From NCBI GenBank assembly GCA_018401955.1, contig JAGYJT010000002.1:27723-91722 (forward strand): 64,000 nt of DNA, read 5' to 3'. The DNA comes from Chitinophagales bacterium (GTDB lineage: Bacteria; Bacteroidota; Bacteroidia; Chitinophagales; CAIOSU01). Both the position numbers and the translations under genes were made by a program. A model generated the notes under the pieces. That model saw only the letters and a list, made by a program, of their open reading frames with translations, did no database searches and was not told where the DNA came from. This document shows, piece after piece, positions 17,964 through 28,048 of this stretch. The number at the start of each line of letters is the position of its first letter. The stretch's first letter is position 1.

Positions 17964-18869
17964 ATGAACCAGCAGCGTATACTGGTAGTTGACGATGACC
18001 CGATGTTTCACAAACTATTGGGTTATGCCATAAAAAGCGAAGACTACCACCTTACTTTTACATCGGATGCCGAAGGGGCCAAAACCGAGCTGAATAAAAA
18101 CAGCAAAGACATTTTAGCCATCATCCTTGATTGGGAAATGCCCGGTATGAGCGGCGTAGATTTGCTGAAATGGATGAAACGGGAAGAAGACTATAAAGAT
18201 ATCCCCGTAATTATGCTTACTGGCCGCAGTAGCCCCGATGAGATAAAAAGCGGCATTAATGCAGGGGCTTTTTACTACGTTACCAAACCGTTCCAAAAGG
18301 ATTTTCTTAACTCTGTACTGAGCGCTGCCATTGCAGATAGGCAAAACCTGTTGCACCTGGCCAACGAACTAGAAAAAGTACGGAATCCGTTAGAAAGTCT
18401 TATACATGGCGAGTTTCAATTTAAAACCATACAAGAGGCGCAAAAGCTGTCGGTTTTTATCGCCAATACGTCTCCCAACCCAAGAGAATCACTTATTATC
18501 TGTGAGTTGTTTAACAACGCCATTGAGCATGGCAACCTAGGCATACAGTATGATGAAAAGAGTGATTTGATTGATAACAACGCTTTGTTTGAGGAAATTG
18601 ATCGCCGCCTGGAAATGCCTGAATACCGCGACCGCAAAGCAACCCTTCATTTTGACAAAAATGAAGACCGCATACTACTCACCTTGGTTGATGAAGGAGA
18701 AGGTTTCGATTTCCAGAAGTACCTGCACTTTGACGAAGACCGCGTATTCGACAATCATGGGCGTGGTATTGCCATGGCAAACTCTATGCTAGATATAACC
18801 TACCTAGGCAAAGGCAACCGTGTGGTGGTGAACATACCATTGGGTGGACCTGCGCATAATGTGGATTGA
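17964..18869 (+). CDS. Response regulator: REC domain fused to RsbW-like HATPase domain
   Basis: LVVDDD, LDWEMPGMSG, YVTKPF; ELFNNAIEHGN, DEGEGFD, HGRGI. Confidence 0.9.
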   Translation: MNQQRILVVDDDPMFHKLLGYAIKSEDYHLTFTSDAEGAKTELNKNSKDILAIILDWEMPGMSGVDLLKWMKREEDYKDIPVIMLTGRSSPDEIKSGINAGAFYYVTKPFQKDFLNSVLSAAIADRQNLLHLANELEKVRNPLESLIHGEFQFKTIQEAQKLSVFIANTSPNPRESLIICELFNNAIEHGNLGIQYDEKSDLIDNNALFEEIDRRLEMPEYRDRKATLHFDKNEDRILLTLVDEGEGFDFQKYLHFDEDRVFDNHGRGIAMANSMLDITYLGKGNRVVVNIPLGGPAHNVD

Positions 18870-18981
18870 GGGCAGCTACTATTCAATTCAAGTAATGCTA
18901 TTCTTTATACCCGTTGGCATTATATTGATATGATTATTTTTTTGTGAATTGTTGTTAATGCGAGGTAAACTCGCCCAAAAT

Positions 18982-19734
18982 TTAGTGCGTACCCGCCAAA
19001 GGATAATTGCGCCAGTTGTTATTTGGCTCTAATATTGGATTCCATAAAGTACTATCTTGTTCAACCAATATTTTTGCAATTAGCTGAAACGTTTCATAGC
19101 TACTAGGTTTGCTGCCACTCACAGGAGAGTCATAAAAAAAATAGGGTTTATAATGCCAATGATCAATGGCAAAAATTTTGTCTAAATCACTTGGAATACT
19201 AGCATATAACTCCTCATTTGTAGCTCTAAAAATTTCTGGGACTTGCTCGTCTAAAAGTCTAATAAACAAGGGAAAGTCTAACTCATCATGTTTTGTTGCA
19301 ACGTTAATCAAGGTATCTTTAAATCGAACTAGCTGATCTCGCACTTTAATATTTTTTGCCTGATCATTTACTACAGCATCAATATCTTCTGGTAAAACGA
19401 TAGGAAACCACTTAGTATTAAACTCCGCACCGTTATTTATATCAAGATCTATCATACAATTTCCAAAGTAATTGACTTCAACACCTACATAATTGTCACG
19501 AGGATTAAAAAATGTCTTTTCAAAAGCAATTACCCACCGAGAATCATCCGCAAACAAATTGATTCGATTACCCATGGTATAGTAATATATATGCTCTAGA
19601 TCGATAAAGCACTTAGATGGATTACTGTCATCTAACTCAGATAAAATTTCAATTTCATTCATTCGTTTATTTGTCATGGTATTGCAACTTGCCCAACAAA
19701 AAGTCAAACAACATACTAGAATTAAGCTTCTCAT
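18982..19734 (-). CDS. DUF7003-like putative lipoprotein
   Basis: ATG at 19734, WASC lipobox; RW.IAFE..FFNPR and ETFQLIAK.L...P..EPNNNW patterns; AT-rich. Confidence 0.65.
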   Translation of the reverse strand: MRSLILVCCLTFCWASCNTMTNKRMNEIEILSELDDSNPSKCFIDLEHIYYYTMGNRINLFADDSRWVIAFEKTFFNPRDNYVGVEVNYFGNCMIDLDINNGAEFNTKWFPIVLPEDIDAVVNDQAKNIKVRDQLVRFKDTLINVATKHDELDFPLFIRLLDEQVPEIFRATNEELYASIPSDLDKIFAIDHWHYKPYFFYDSPVSGSKPSSYETFQLIAKILVEQDSTLWNPILEPNNNWRNYPLAGTH

Positions 19735-19924
19735 CCTATTTTGTTGACTGGTTAACCTTAAATATATCGGCAAAGTTAGATCAAAGCCAAGCAATTTCAA
19801 TTTCGGTGGGTTTATGGTTTAATATACCATTAAACATTTCGCAGTTTAGCGTTCAATTGAGCACTCCAACCTCTTCCCCACTCCCCCATTTTTCCCTACC
19901 TTTGTTAGATAACAACCCTTGTAC

Positions 19925-20506
19925 ATGCTGGGCTTAAAATTACCTACCGACCCTAGATGGGCCAACTTGGCCGAACATAGTTTGGAAGAAGTATTGACCG
20001 ACCACGCTTATTGCGAACAAAAGGCTGCGCTTAGTTGCATATCACTTATAGCTCGCTACCCACAGTGGGAACGCTTGGTGGATGAGCTGGCACCGATTGT
20101 AACAGAGGAGTGGGGCCATTTCCGTATGGTACTAAAGGCCCTTAAAGACCGTGGCCTAAAGCTGGGGCACAAGCGCAAAGACGAATATGTGCACGAGTTG
20201 CGCAAACTGGAGAAAAAAAGCGACGACCAAAACGAACGCCTACTGGAAGAGCTGTTGCGATTTGCATTGATAGAAGCGCGTAGCTGCGAGCGTTTCAGGG
20301 TGTTGAGCATTGAGCTGGAATCAGAAGAGTTGCGCAAGTTCTATCATACTTTTATGGTGGCCGAGGCCAACCACTACCGCTTATTTTTGGACCTTGCCCG
20401 TGAATATATGCCCGAAGAAATTGTAAAAGCCCGCTGGCAAGAGTATCTTACAGCTGAGGCAGAGATAATGAAGAATTTGGAACTACGTGGAGATAGAGTG
20501 CATTAA
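19925..20506 (+). CDS. miaE: tRNA-(ms2io6A) hydroxylase
   Basis: DHAYCEQKAA, EEWGHF, LIEARSCERF, EANHY di-iron motifs. Confidence 0.93.
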   Translation: MLGLKLPTDPRWANLAEHSLEEVLTDHAYCEQKAALSCISLIARYPQWERLVDELAPIVTEEWGHFRMVLKALKDRGLKLGHKRKDEYVHELRKLEKKSDDQNERLLEELLRFALIEARSCERFRVLSIELESEELRKFYHTFMVAEANHYRLFLDLAREYMPEEIVKARWQEYLTAEAEIMKNLELRGDRVH

Positions 20507-20521
20507 TAGATTTGAATACTT

Positions 20522-22003
20522 ATGAACTACGCCGATACCGATTTTAGAACGCTTACCACCAAGGAGAAAGCACTGCGCATTAACCTTAACCTCGACATTT
20601 ATGGCTCGTTTGCCGAGATAGGTGCCGGGCAAGAGATTGCGGCCAACTTCTTTAAGGCAGGTGCGGCTTCGGGTACGGTTGCTAAAACCATGTCGGCTTA
20701 CGATATGAGCTTTAGCGATGCCATATACGGCAAGTGCAAGCGCTACGTGTGCGAAAACAGGTTGGAGACAATGCTTGAGCGTGAGTACAAGCTGTTGCAC
20801 CTGCGCCTTAGCAAACGCAAAGGCTCTACCAAGTTTTTTGCGATGGCCGATACCGTGGAGACGCTCAACTACCAGCGCACTAATCGCGGGCATGGCTGGC
20901 TGGGCCTTCGTTTCCAGTTACATCCTGATAGTGAACCCAATGATTGCATTATACACGTGGTAATGCACGATGTAGATGGCCTTGACCAACAACAGGCATT
21001 GGGTGTGGTAGGGGTAAACCTACTATATGGTTGTCACTATCATCACAACGACCCCGATAAACTTATTAACTCGCTGGTTGATAATTTGATACCGGGCCGC
21101 ATTGAGATTGACATGTTCCGCATTAGCGGTCCTGATTTTAAGGAGATTGATAACCGCTTGATGGCCCTTAAACTGGTAAAAAGCGGATTGACCAATGCCA
21201 CCATGTTTGGCCCACAGGGCAATGTATTGCAGGCATCGGAGGTGTTATATAAAAAGAACGTGCTGGTGCTGCGTGGCCGTTTTCGCCCAGTAACTAAGGT
21301 GAACATGGATATGCTTACCAAGGGGCTCGATCAGTTTATGCATGAGCCTGAAGTAGATAAAGATCAGACCATAGTTATTAGCGAGTTAACCCTTAATGCC
21401 CTTAACGATGGCGGCACTATAGATGAAAAGGATTTCCTTGACCGAGTGGATATCCTTTGCTCATTGGGGCAAACCGTAATGATATCAACTTTTAGGGAAT
21501 ATTATAAGTTGGTGCACTACTTTTCTCGTATAACAAAAACCAAGCGAGTGGGTATCATTCTTGGTGCGCTAACCCTGCATAAGTTGTTTGATAGCAAATA
21601 CTATGGCGATTTAAAGGGAAATATTCTTGAGTCGTTTGGTATTTTGTTTGGCAATAACGTTAAAATGTATGTATATCCTGCTTATGAAGGCGAAAGCGAT
21701 GTGCTTGTCACTTCTAAAAACTTCCCGGTACCTGACGACCTATCGCACCTATACAAACACTTGCAGGCCAATAATAAGCTTGGCGATATAGAAAATGTTG
21801 ACCTTGATGTGTTGCACATTATTTCTGACAAGGTTTTGGCTATGATAAAATCGGCAGAGCCGGGTTGGGAAGATATGGTACCCGAAAACGTGGAGGATAT
21901 CATTAAAAGCAAATGCCTATTTGAGTATCCATGCAGCATTGAGGAGCGCAAAAAGCTTGATGAAAAAGAACGGCTTAAAAAAGCTGCTTTAGAAAAGGAG
22001 TAA
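20522..22003 (+). CDS. Conserved soluble protein with degenerate NadD-like nucleotidyltransferase C-terminal domain
   Basis: YGSFAEIGAGQE, KTMSAYD, RGRFRPVT; no signal peptide or beta-barrel. Confidence 0.7.
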   Translation: MNYADTDFRTLTTKEKALRINLNLDIYGSFAEIGAGQEIAANFFKAGAASGTVAKTMSAYDMSFSDAIYGKCKRYVCENRLETMLEREYKLLHLRLSKRKGSTKFFAMADTVETLNYQRTNRGHGWLGLRFQLHPDSEPNDCIIHVVMHDVDGLDQQQALGVVGVNLLYGCHYHHNDPDKLINSLVDNLIPGRIEIDMFRISGPDFKEIDNRLMALKLVKSGLTNATMFGPQGNVLQASEVLYKKNVLVLRGRFRPVTKVNMDMLTKGLDQFMHEPEVDKDQTIVISELTLNALNDGGTIDEKDFLDRVDILCSLGQTVMISTFREYYKLVHYFSRITKTKRVGIILGALTLHKLFDSKYYGDLKGNILESFGILFGNNVKMYVYPAYEGESDVLVTSKNFPVPDDLSHLYKHLQANNKLGDIENVDLDVLHIISDKVLAMIKSAEPGWEDMVPENVEDIIKSKCLFEYPCSIEERKKLDEKERLKKAALEKE

Positions 22004-22022
22004 ACCTTTTAGCTCCTGCAGG

Positions 22023-22466
22023 CTATTTAGTAGCCACATACTCCAATATATCAATTACTTGTTGTTGATTACTAGCAGTTGCCATTGCTTGAGCATCAAT
22101 CTCTTTTAGTGGGTGTGTATGCTCGTCAGCATGTATCACAATAAGCTTTTTACCCTTGGCCACCGCATAACCGGCATCAAATGCTGCATTCCATTGCTTG
22201 TACTTTTCGCCAAACTTTACCACCACTATATCGGCCCTATCAATACCCAGGTGAATGCGCATGCTATTTATCTTGGCAGCCTTGTGGTCTTTCCAAAAGC
22301 TTTTGTCCTCAGCACCTAGTACTTCTACGCCTACGTTATCACTGGCATTATGGTCGGTAATGGGTGATAGAACATCAATAGGCAGGTTGCGCGCAGTAAT
22401 GCCATCCTCAATTTCTTTACGCCAATCGCTATGTATCTCTCCAGATAAAAACACGGTTAACTGCAT
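22023..22466 (-). CDS. YtoQ family protein
   Basis: LSGEIHSDWR, FGEKYKQWNAAFDAGYA, HPLKEID. Confidence 0.9.
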   Translation of the reverse strand: MQLTVFLSGEIHSDWRKEIEDGITARNLPIDVLSPITDHNASDNVGVEVLGAEDKSFWKDHKAAKINSMRIHLGIDRADIVVVKFGEKYKQWNAAFDAGYAVAKGKKLIVIHADEHTHPLKEIDAQAMATASNQQQVIDILEYVATK

Positions 22467-22570
22467 AATCAGTTTGTTTTTGTTTGTGGTAAAGATAGGG
22501 GATGAAACATAGAGATGCTTTTAGGTTTATCCTAATACATAGAACCCTGCTAAAACAACGTACAATTTCT

Positions 22571-22942
22571 TCACTTTTTAGAAATCTTCCATTCCCACAC
22601 AGCTAGCGGTATTACTATTGCTATTTCTGAGAGAAAATAAACCCAAGCCAACCCAGTAAGGCTTTTGTAAAACCATAAAATAGCGACCAGCGTTAAACAG
22701 CAAAACAAAACGTTGGCTGCCGCAATCGGCTGCAAATACTTACCTGAAGCATTGACTAGGTAACAAACGAAAGAGTAACAGGCAAACAGCCCTGCCAAAG
22801 CAGCAAAACCCAATAGCACACTCACTGGCATGCCAAAAAATTCATTAAAACCTGCAAGTACAAAACCATGCATACTAGCTGATGTTATCGCACCCACTGC
22901 ATCAATCAAAAACAATTGTTTTGGTTTCACATCATCTATCAT
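22571..22942 (-). CDS. Hypothetical four-TM membrane protein
   Basis: LFLIDAVGA start, four hydrophobic helices. Confidence 0.75.
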   Translation of the reverse strand: MIDDVKPKQLFLIDAVGAITSASMHGFVLAGFNEFFGMPVSVLLGFAALAGLFACYSFVCYLVNASGKYLQPIAAANVLFCCLTLVAILWFYKSLTGLAWVYFLSEIAIVIPLAVWEWKISKK

Positions 22943-23056
22943 CTGCTAGCCGTTTGCTGTCAAAACTAACTAGTATAAAACATGAAGCCAAACAAATCCA
23001 GCAGAAACAGAAAACCCCGCCTTTGTGGGGCAGGGTTTGCGTTCTTTGGTTTGGGT

Positions 23057-23426
23057 GTGGAGCTGGAGGGATTCGAACCCTCGTCCAGCCGAGTTGCAGA
23101 AATACCTTCTACATGCTTAGTTACCTGTTAGTTGTCGGGAAAGCAGCCGGTCAGGGAACCCACCAACTACTTCCTTACACTCTTTATCTTACCGTTGCGT
23201 CAAGTGAAGCGCAACAGCCAGCACGATCTTCTCGATGCCCCTTTGGCGTACTGAACGTGCCAAGTCTACCAGGGACAAAGGCTATCTAATTCCTAGAATT
23301 AGGCAGCCATGGCGTAGTTGTACTCGCCGTATAAAAAGAGTGCGTGAGCCGGGATTTACGAGTCAACTCACCTCTCTCGGCATGCCAGTATAACTCCAGA
23401 CCTCGCTGTCAATTCCGGTCAGCCCC
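23057..23426 (-). ncRNA. ssrA: tmRNA, tag (A)GEYNYAMAA
   Basis: 5' GGGGCTGACCGGAATTGAC; 3' GGTTCGAATCCCTCCAGCTCCAC; tag frame at 23299-23328. Confidence 0.97.
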
Positions 23427-23635
23427 AAAAATGTATTAAAGAACGATTGTAATACAGTGCTAACTTAAAAGTTACCACAGTTAAAAGGATAAAGCCATTT
23501 CCAATGGAAAAAGTTCAACGGCAAAGGTAAGCACATTTTGCAGTTGCACAATTTGTTATTACTGTTTTGGCAACAATATTTTAAACTGGCAAAGCATTTG
23601 CACTGCTTAATCATAATAAACATCCACTAACACTT

Positions 23636-24877
23636 ATGAAATCCAGCATTAGCAATGTAATTACTGTTGTCATGTTTCTTATTGCGACAATATACGCCAC
23701 CAGCTTTAATCAATTACTGGCTGGTACTGGCAATAAAGCTGCCATGTTGGAAATGAGTAACTACGTTAAAAACAAATATCCTGCTCAGCTTACCAATCCG
23801 CAAAAAAAGAACAGAAAAAGCTTGAGCCAGTTTGGATATGGTCTCTCCTACTTTGTGATACCGGTATATAACATCTCAGAGTTTATTGACCCTAATGATT
23901 TTGGTGATCATTCATTCGGGGAACCAAGCGGTGGTGAGCACAATGGGGTATTATATACATGCAATGGCGGTTTTATTGACTTTTCGCACCTTCGCGCGGG
24001 TCTCGACTGGTCGGTGTATATTACCTTTAAACTAATAGAGGGTATTGATTCGCTAAACCTTGAGCCAGAAGCCGGCACACTCCAATTAAAGTTTAAAAAC
24101 GAAGACCAACTTACGTTAAACGATATTGCTTCTATAGGGCAAAAAATAGCCTACGAGCGACTTATATGGCACGAAATAGCCAGCTGGAGCTACCATCCGC
24201 CCAACCACTTTGTTAGCGAACAACAATCAACCTTTACCCCAGAAGATGGTTATTCTAACTTACTAGGAACCCTGATTGGGAAAAAGGTTGCCTTACGTAT
24301 ATTAACTAAAAAGGAAGATCTACCGTTTTCGCAAATTGCCTCTGAAGAAATTCGTGAAATGATTAGGCAACTACTACCGCTGCAAAACGAAGATGGTAGC
24401 AAGCAAGCTTATGATATTGTGGATAGACACATGCAGGCCAAAATACCTAAAAACCAACGAAACGATGATATTTGGTGGGATAGTAAAATAATTTTTACCG
24501 ATCAGCGGTACGTTTTCAAACGTTATATGCATACTGGCCCCCAGCTGGCTCCATGGCTGGTACCTAATTCTGAAACATTGGGTTGCCCATGCGAGCCCCA
24601 TCAACATAATATATCAGTGCCTACCAAAACCTCCACAGGCCAATCGATTTACAATTATTACACCTTTACTATTGCCCCAGATTCAAGTTTGTTTTTTTCG
24701 AAAAACAACGGCTCTCAATTGCATAAGCCATTTGGTACTTTTACCACAAACCAAATTCCTCAAATTGTAGACCACATTGGGGAAGAAATGAAACAGATTT
24801 TATTGCCCGGATTTGACAAGCGTGACAAAATTGATCCGGTGCCTAAATATGATAAGGTAAAGTATGTGCTGTTTTAG
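23636..24877 (+). CDS. DUF4056-like secreted protein
   Basis: LYTCNGGFIDFSHLR, WHEIA.W, FTPEDGYSNLLG. Confidence 0.8.
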   Translation: MKSSISNVITVVMFLIATIYATSFNQLLAGTGNKAAMLEMSNYVKNKYPAQLTNPQKKNRKSLSQFGYGLSYFVIPVYNISEFIDPNDFGDHSFGEPSGGEHNGVLYTCNGGFIDFSHLRAGLDWSVYITFKLIEGIDSLNLEPEAGTLQLKFKNEDQLTLNDIASIGQKIAYERLIWHEIASWSYHPPNHFVSEQQSTFTPEDGYSNLLGTLIGKKVALRILTKKEDLPFSQIASEEIREMIRQLLPLQNEDGSKQAYDIVDRHMQAKIPKNQRNDDIWWDSKIIFTDQRYVFKRYMHTGPQLAPWLVPNSETLGCPCEPHQHNISVPTKTSTGQSIYNYYTFTIAPDSSLFFSKNNGSQLHKPFGTFTTNQIPQIVDHIGEEMKQILLPGFDKRDKIDPVPKYDKVKYVLF

Positions 24878-24934
24878 AGCGTGCGCTATGGCCAATTTTC
24901 ATAATTTTACCATTGTACTATACCCAATATTGAT

Positions 24935-26146
24935 ATGGCCACAGTGAAAATAGGCATCATCCGCGAAATGAAAACACCACCCGATAGCCGAGTGGTACTT
25001 ACGCCAGCACAATGCAGTGCGCTAAAACAGCAGTACCCTGATGTGGATATTGCCGTGCAACGCAGTACGGGTAGATGTTACACCGATGCTGAATACACTT
25101 CCGCAGGCATTACCTTGGCAGATGATATGACTGATAGGGATATATTGGTTGGTGTTAAAGAAGTGCCTATTGATGCTATAATACCAAACAAGACGTACCT
25201 GTGCTTTTCGCATACGCACAAAAAACAGTTGTACAACCGTGCTTTACTACAGGCTTTTATTGAAAAAGGCGTAAAACTAATTGACTACGAAACCCTTACT
25301 AATGCTAAGGGGCAAAGGGTAATTGCTTTCGGCCGGTTTGCTGGCTTGGTAGGTGCCCACAACGGCTTGCTTACCTGGGGCAAGCGCACTGGAAAGCTGA
25401 ACCTTAAGCGTGTAAAAGACTATAAGGATTTTGCAGCACTTAAAGAAGACTATAAAACGATAACCGTACCGCCCCTTAAAATTGTAATTACAGGTAACGG
25501 CCGCGTGGCCAAAGGCGCGAAAGAGATATTGGACCTGCTGCGTATAAAACAAGTTACCAAAGAAGAGTACCTGCAGATTGAAAAGCCTACCGAAGCGGTG
25601 TATGTATTACTTAAAACACCCGATATCTTTCAGCACAAAGCGGGGCAGCCCTTTTACTTTTCGCATTTTAAAGAAAACCCCGAGGACTACGCCAGTGTAT
25701 TTGCACCATTTGCGCAAAGTACCGACTTGTTGATAAATGCCATTTTTTGGGACCCGAAAGCCCCGCGCTACTTTAGCTTGGAAGAAATGGCTGACCCAAA
25801 ATTCAAAATCACTACCATTGCAGACATAACTTGTGACATTGGCGGCAGTGTGCCAGCAACCTTGCGAGCCACCACTATAGCCGACCCATTTATGGGCTAC
25901 GACCCAGCTACCCAGCAGGAGACAGTCCCGTTCCAGCCCAATAGCATTGACATAATGAGCATTGACAACTTACCCAATGAACTGCCCCGCGATGCATCGC
26001 AAGCCTTTGGTGAGATGTTTATGGAGCATGTGCTGGATGGCCTCATCAGCACACCACAAAGCGATATGATTGCCCGCGCTACTATCTGTGAGGATGGTCA
26101 CTTGGGTAAGGAGTTTGGATATTTGGAGGGTTTTGTAGAAGATTAA
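24935..26146 (+). CDS. AlaDh/PNT-family dehydrogenase, saccharopine dehydrogenase-like
   Basis: IREMKTPPDSRVVLTP, GVKE, IADITCD, IDNLPNELPRDAS. Confidence 0.88.
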   Translation: MATVKIGIIREMKTPPDSRVVLTPAQCSALKQQYPDVDIAVQRSTGRCYTDAEYTSAGITLADDMTDRDILVGVKEVPIDAIIPNKTYLCFSHTHKKQLYNRALLQAFIEKGVKLIDYETLTNAKGQRVIAFGRFAGLVGAHNGLLTWGKRTGKLNLKRVKDYKDFAALKEDYKTITVPPLKIVITGNGRVAKGAKEILDLLRIKQVTKEEYLQIEKPTEAVYVLLKTPDIFQHKAGQPFYFSHFKENPEDYASVFAPFAQSTDLLINAIFWDPKAPRYFSLEEMADPKFKITTIADITCDIGGSVPATLRATTIADPFMGYDPATQQETVPFQPNSIDIMSIDNLPNELPRDASQAFGEMFMEHVLDGLISTPQSDMIARATICEDGHLGKEFGYLEGFVED

Positions 26147-26183
26147 TATTTATACAAGCATTAAAACTGTTTACACAATCAAA

Positions 26184-28034
26184 ATGGGCGCTTTCTATAC
26201 TATTAAACAGCTGTGTTTCTTGGTCCTAATCAGTAGCGGGTTTTATAACTGTAAATACGCTGACGAAATTGAGCTAACTAACGAATATGGTGTTTCTGAT
26301 ACAGCCATGCATTGGTCTAACCTAGAGTTGTTTGACCACAAGCCCAGTTTTCGCTCTGGTTTAAGGCACAAATATACTGGTGAAGTGGTCATACCTCCCC
26401 GATACCTATTCCCAGATTTTTCTGAAGGGATACTTACCGCAAATCAAAATTTAGGTTCTGGGGCTGTAAATAGTAATGAGGACATCAGAATACCCTTTAT
26501 TTATGATAAAATTCATGAATTTAAAAATGGTACTGCTCGGGTTGGAAAAAACTATTTGTACGGACTTGTTGATAGCTTGGGCAACGTAATAGTACCCTTG
26601 CAATATGACTATTGCTCTATCGGTTTTAGTGAGTCTTTTGCTTGGGTTATGAAAGATAAAAAATCCGGCTTTGTTAATCGGAAGGGCGAATTGGCCATTC
26701 CGTGTATTTACGACGATGCAGAATCGTTCTCCGAAGGTTTGGCAGCAGTAAAAAAAGGAGACAAATGGGGTTTTATAGATACCCTTAACCAAGTTGTTAT
26801 TGGATTTGAGTTTGATGATACTTACAACTTTAACAACAACGTATGTTGGGTGAAGAAGGATGGTATGTGGGGGCTTTTGCATCGGAGCCGGAAAATGCTA
26901 ACCACCTACAAATACTTGGTGCCCCATGGTTTTTCTGAGGGTAAGGCTTGGGCAGAAACCATACATGGTTTTGTGTTGCTAGATACAACAGGCAAGCGCT
27001 TGAGCGATGTTGCATACCGCGATGTAAACCGGATACTAGATGGGCGCGCCATTATAAACGGACTATACCATTATGGCATTGCGGATGATGAAGGTGATTT
27101 GATAGTTGATATGATTTATAATGAAATCACAAGGCAGAACTACAAAACCTTCTCGGTAAGCACCGAGGCAAGTACTGGCTTATTGGACAACGACGGCAAT
27201 GAACTGATTGAAGTAAAGTATAAATCCTTAAAATTTTTGCCGAAGCATATTATAGTGGAAGAAAACTTTGGACAAAAAGCGCTATTTGATTACAAAGGCA
27301 ACCAGCTAACTAGCAAGTGGTATGCTAATATTGGCGAGCTATATAGCAATACTGCCCCAGTGAAAGATGGAAAAAAGTATGGTTTTATTGATGGAAAAGG
27401 TAAAATTATTATAGCACCTCAATACGACTGGGCAGATAACTACCTTGATGGGCTAGCAGCTGTAAAACTTGGCAAATTTGGATACATCAACCGTGATGGA
27501 CAAACCATAATACCGTTTGAATATGATACCGCAATTGCATTTCGCCACGGCAATGCTTTGGTTAAAAAAGAAGGGCAATGGCAGGTAATTGACAAAAACA
27601 ACACAATTATCGCTGGTGCCCTTGACGAAGTAAGGTATGCCACCGAAGGAATGTACATGGTTAAATCGGGCGATAGATGGGGATACTTAGATTATGACTA
27701 CAACCTAGTAACAGAGCCAATATATGACAGTTTAGAAAAGTTTGATGACGGGTGGGGAAAGGTATATTTAAATGGAAAAGAAGGCATTGTAAACCTTAGT
27801 GGCACCCAAATAGTTGAGCCCATTTATGATTTCATTTCCGACTATTTCGATGGAGAAGCCTCAATAACAAAAGACGGTAAGTATGGTTGTATAGACCACA
27901 ATGGCAATGTAATTATACAACCAATTTATGACCGTTTTCTTGACTTTAGAAACGGTAAAACTTTAGTGATAAAACCAGATGGCACTAGAGTTTATATTGA
28001 TATAACGGGTACCGAGTACCCTATAGATCATTGA
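26184..28034 (+). CDS. WG repeat-containing lipoprotein
   Basis: Many F.EG.A.V...KWGFID..G..VI repeats. Confidence 0.92.
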   Translation: MGAFYTIKQLCFLVLISSGFYNCKYADEIELTNEYGVSDTAMHWSNLELFDHKPSFRSGLRHKYTGEVVIPPRYLFPDFSEGILTANQNLGSGAVNSNEDIRIPFIYDKIHEFKNGTARVGKNYLYGLVDSLGNVIVPLQYDYCSIGFSESFAWVMKDKKSGFVNRKGELAIPCIYDDAESFSEGLAAVKKGDKWGFIDTLNQVVIGFEFDDTYNFNNNVCWVKKDGMWGLLHRSRKMLTTYKYLVPHGFSEGKAWAETIHGFVLLDTTGKRLSDVAYRDVNRILDGRAIINGLYHYGIADDEGDLIVDMIYNEITRQNYKTFSVSTEASTGLLDNDGNELIEVKYKSLKFLPKHIIVEENFGQKALFDYKGNQLTSKWYANIGELYSNTAPVKDGKKYGFIDGKGKIIIAPQYDWADNYLDGLAAVKLGKFGYINRDGQTIIPFEYDTAIAFRHGNALVKKEGQWQVIDKNNTIIAGALDEVRYATEGMYMVKSGDRWGYLDYDYNLVTEPIYDSLEKFDDGWGKVYLNGKEGIVNLSGTQIVEPIYDFISDYFDGEASITKDGKYGCIDHNGNVIIQPIYDRFLDFRNGKTLVIKPDGTRVYIDITGTEYPIDH

Positions 28035-28048
28035 TGCAACGTAGGTAT

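Noticed and set aside
20522-22003. TonB-dependent receptor label for this family
   Set aside because: No signal peptide, plug or beta-barrel pattern
23000-23060. Element integrated at the tmRNA 3' end
   Set aside because: tmRNA is followed by a terminator-like hairpin and ordinary genes; no integrase or duplicated 3' end nearby
22882-23289. 135-aa plus-strand ORF
   Set aside because: Antisense shadow of tmRNA and the neighbouring gene
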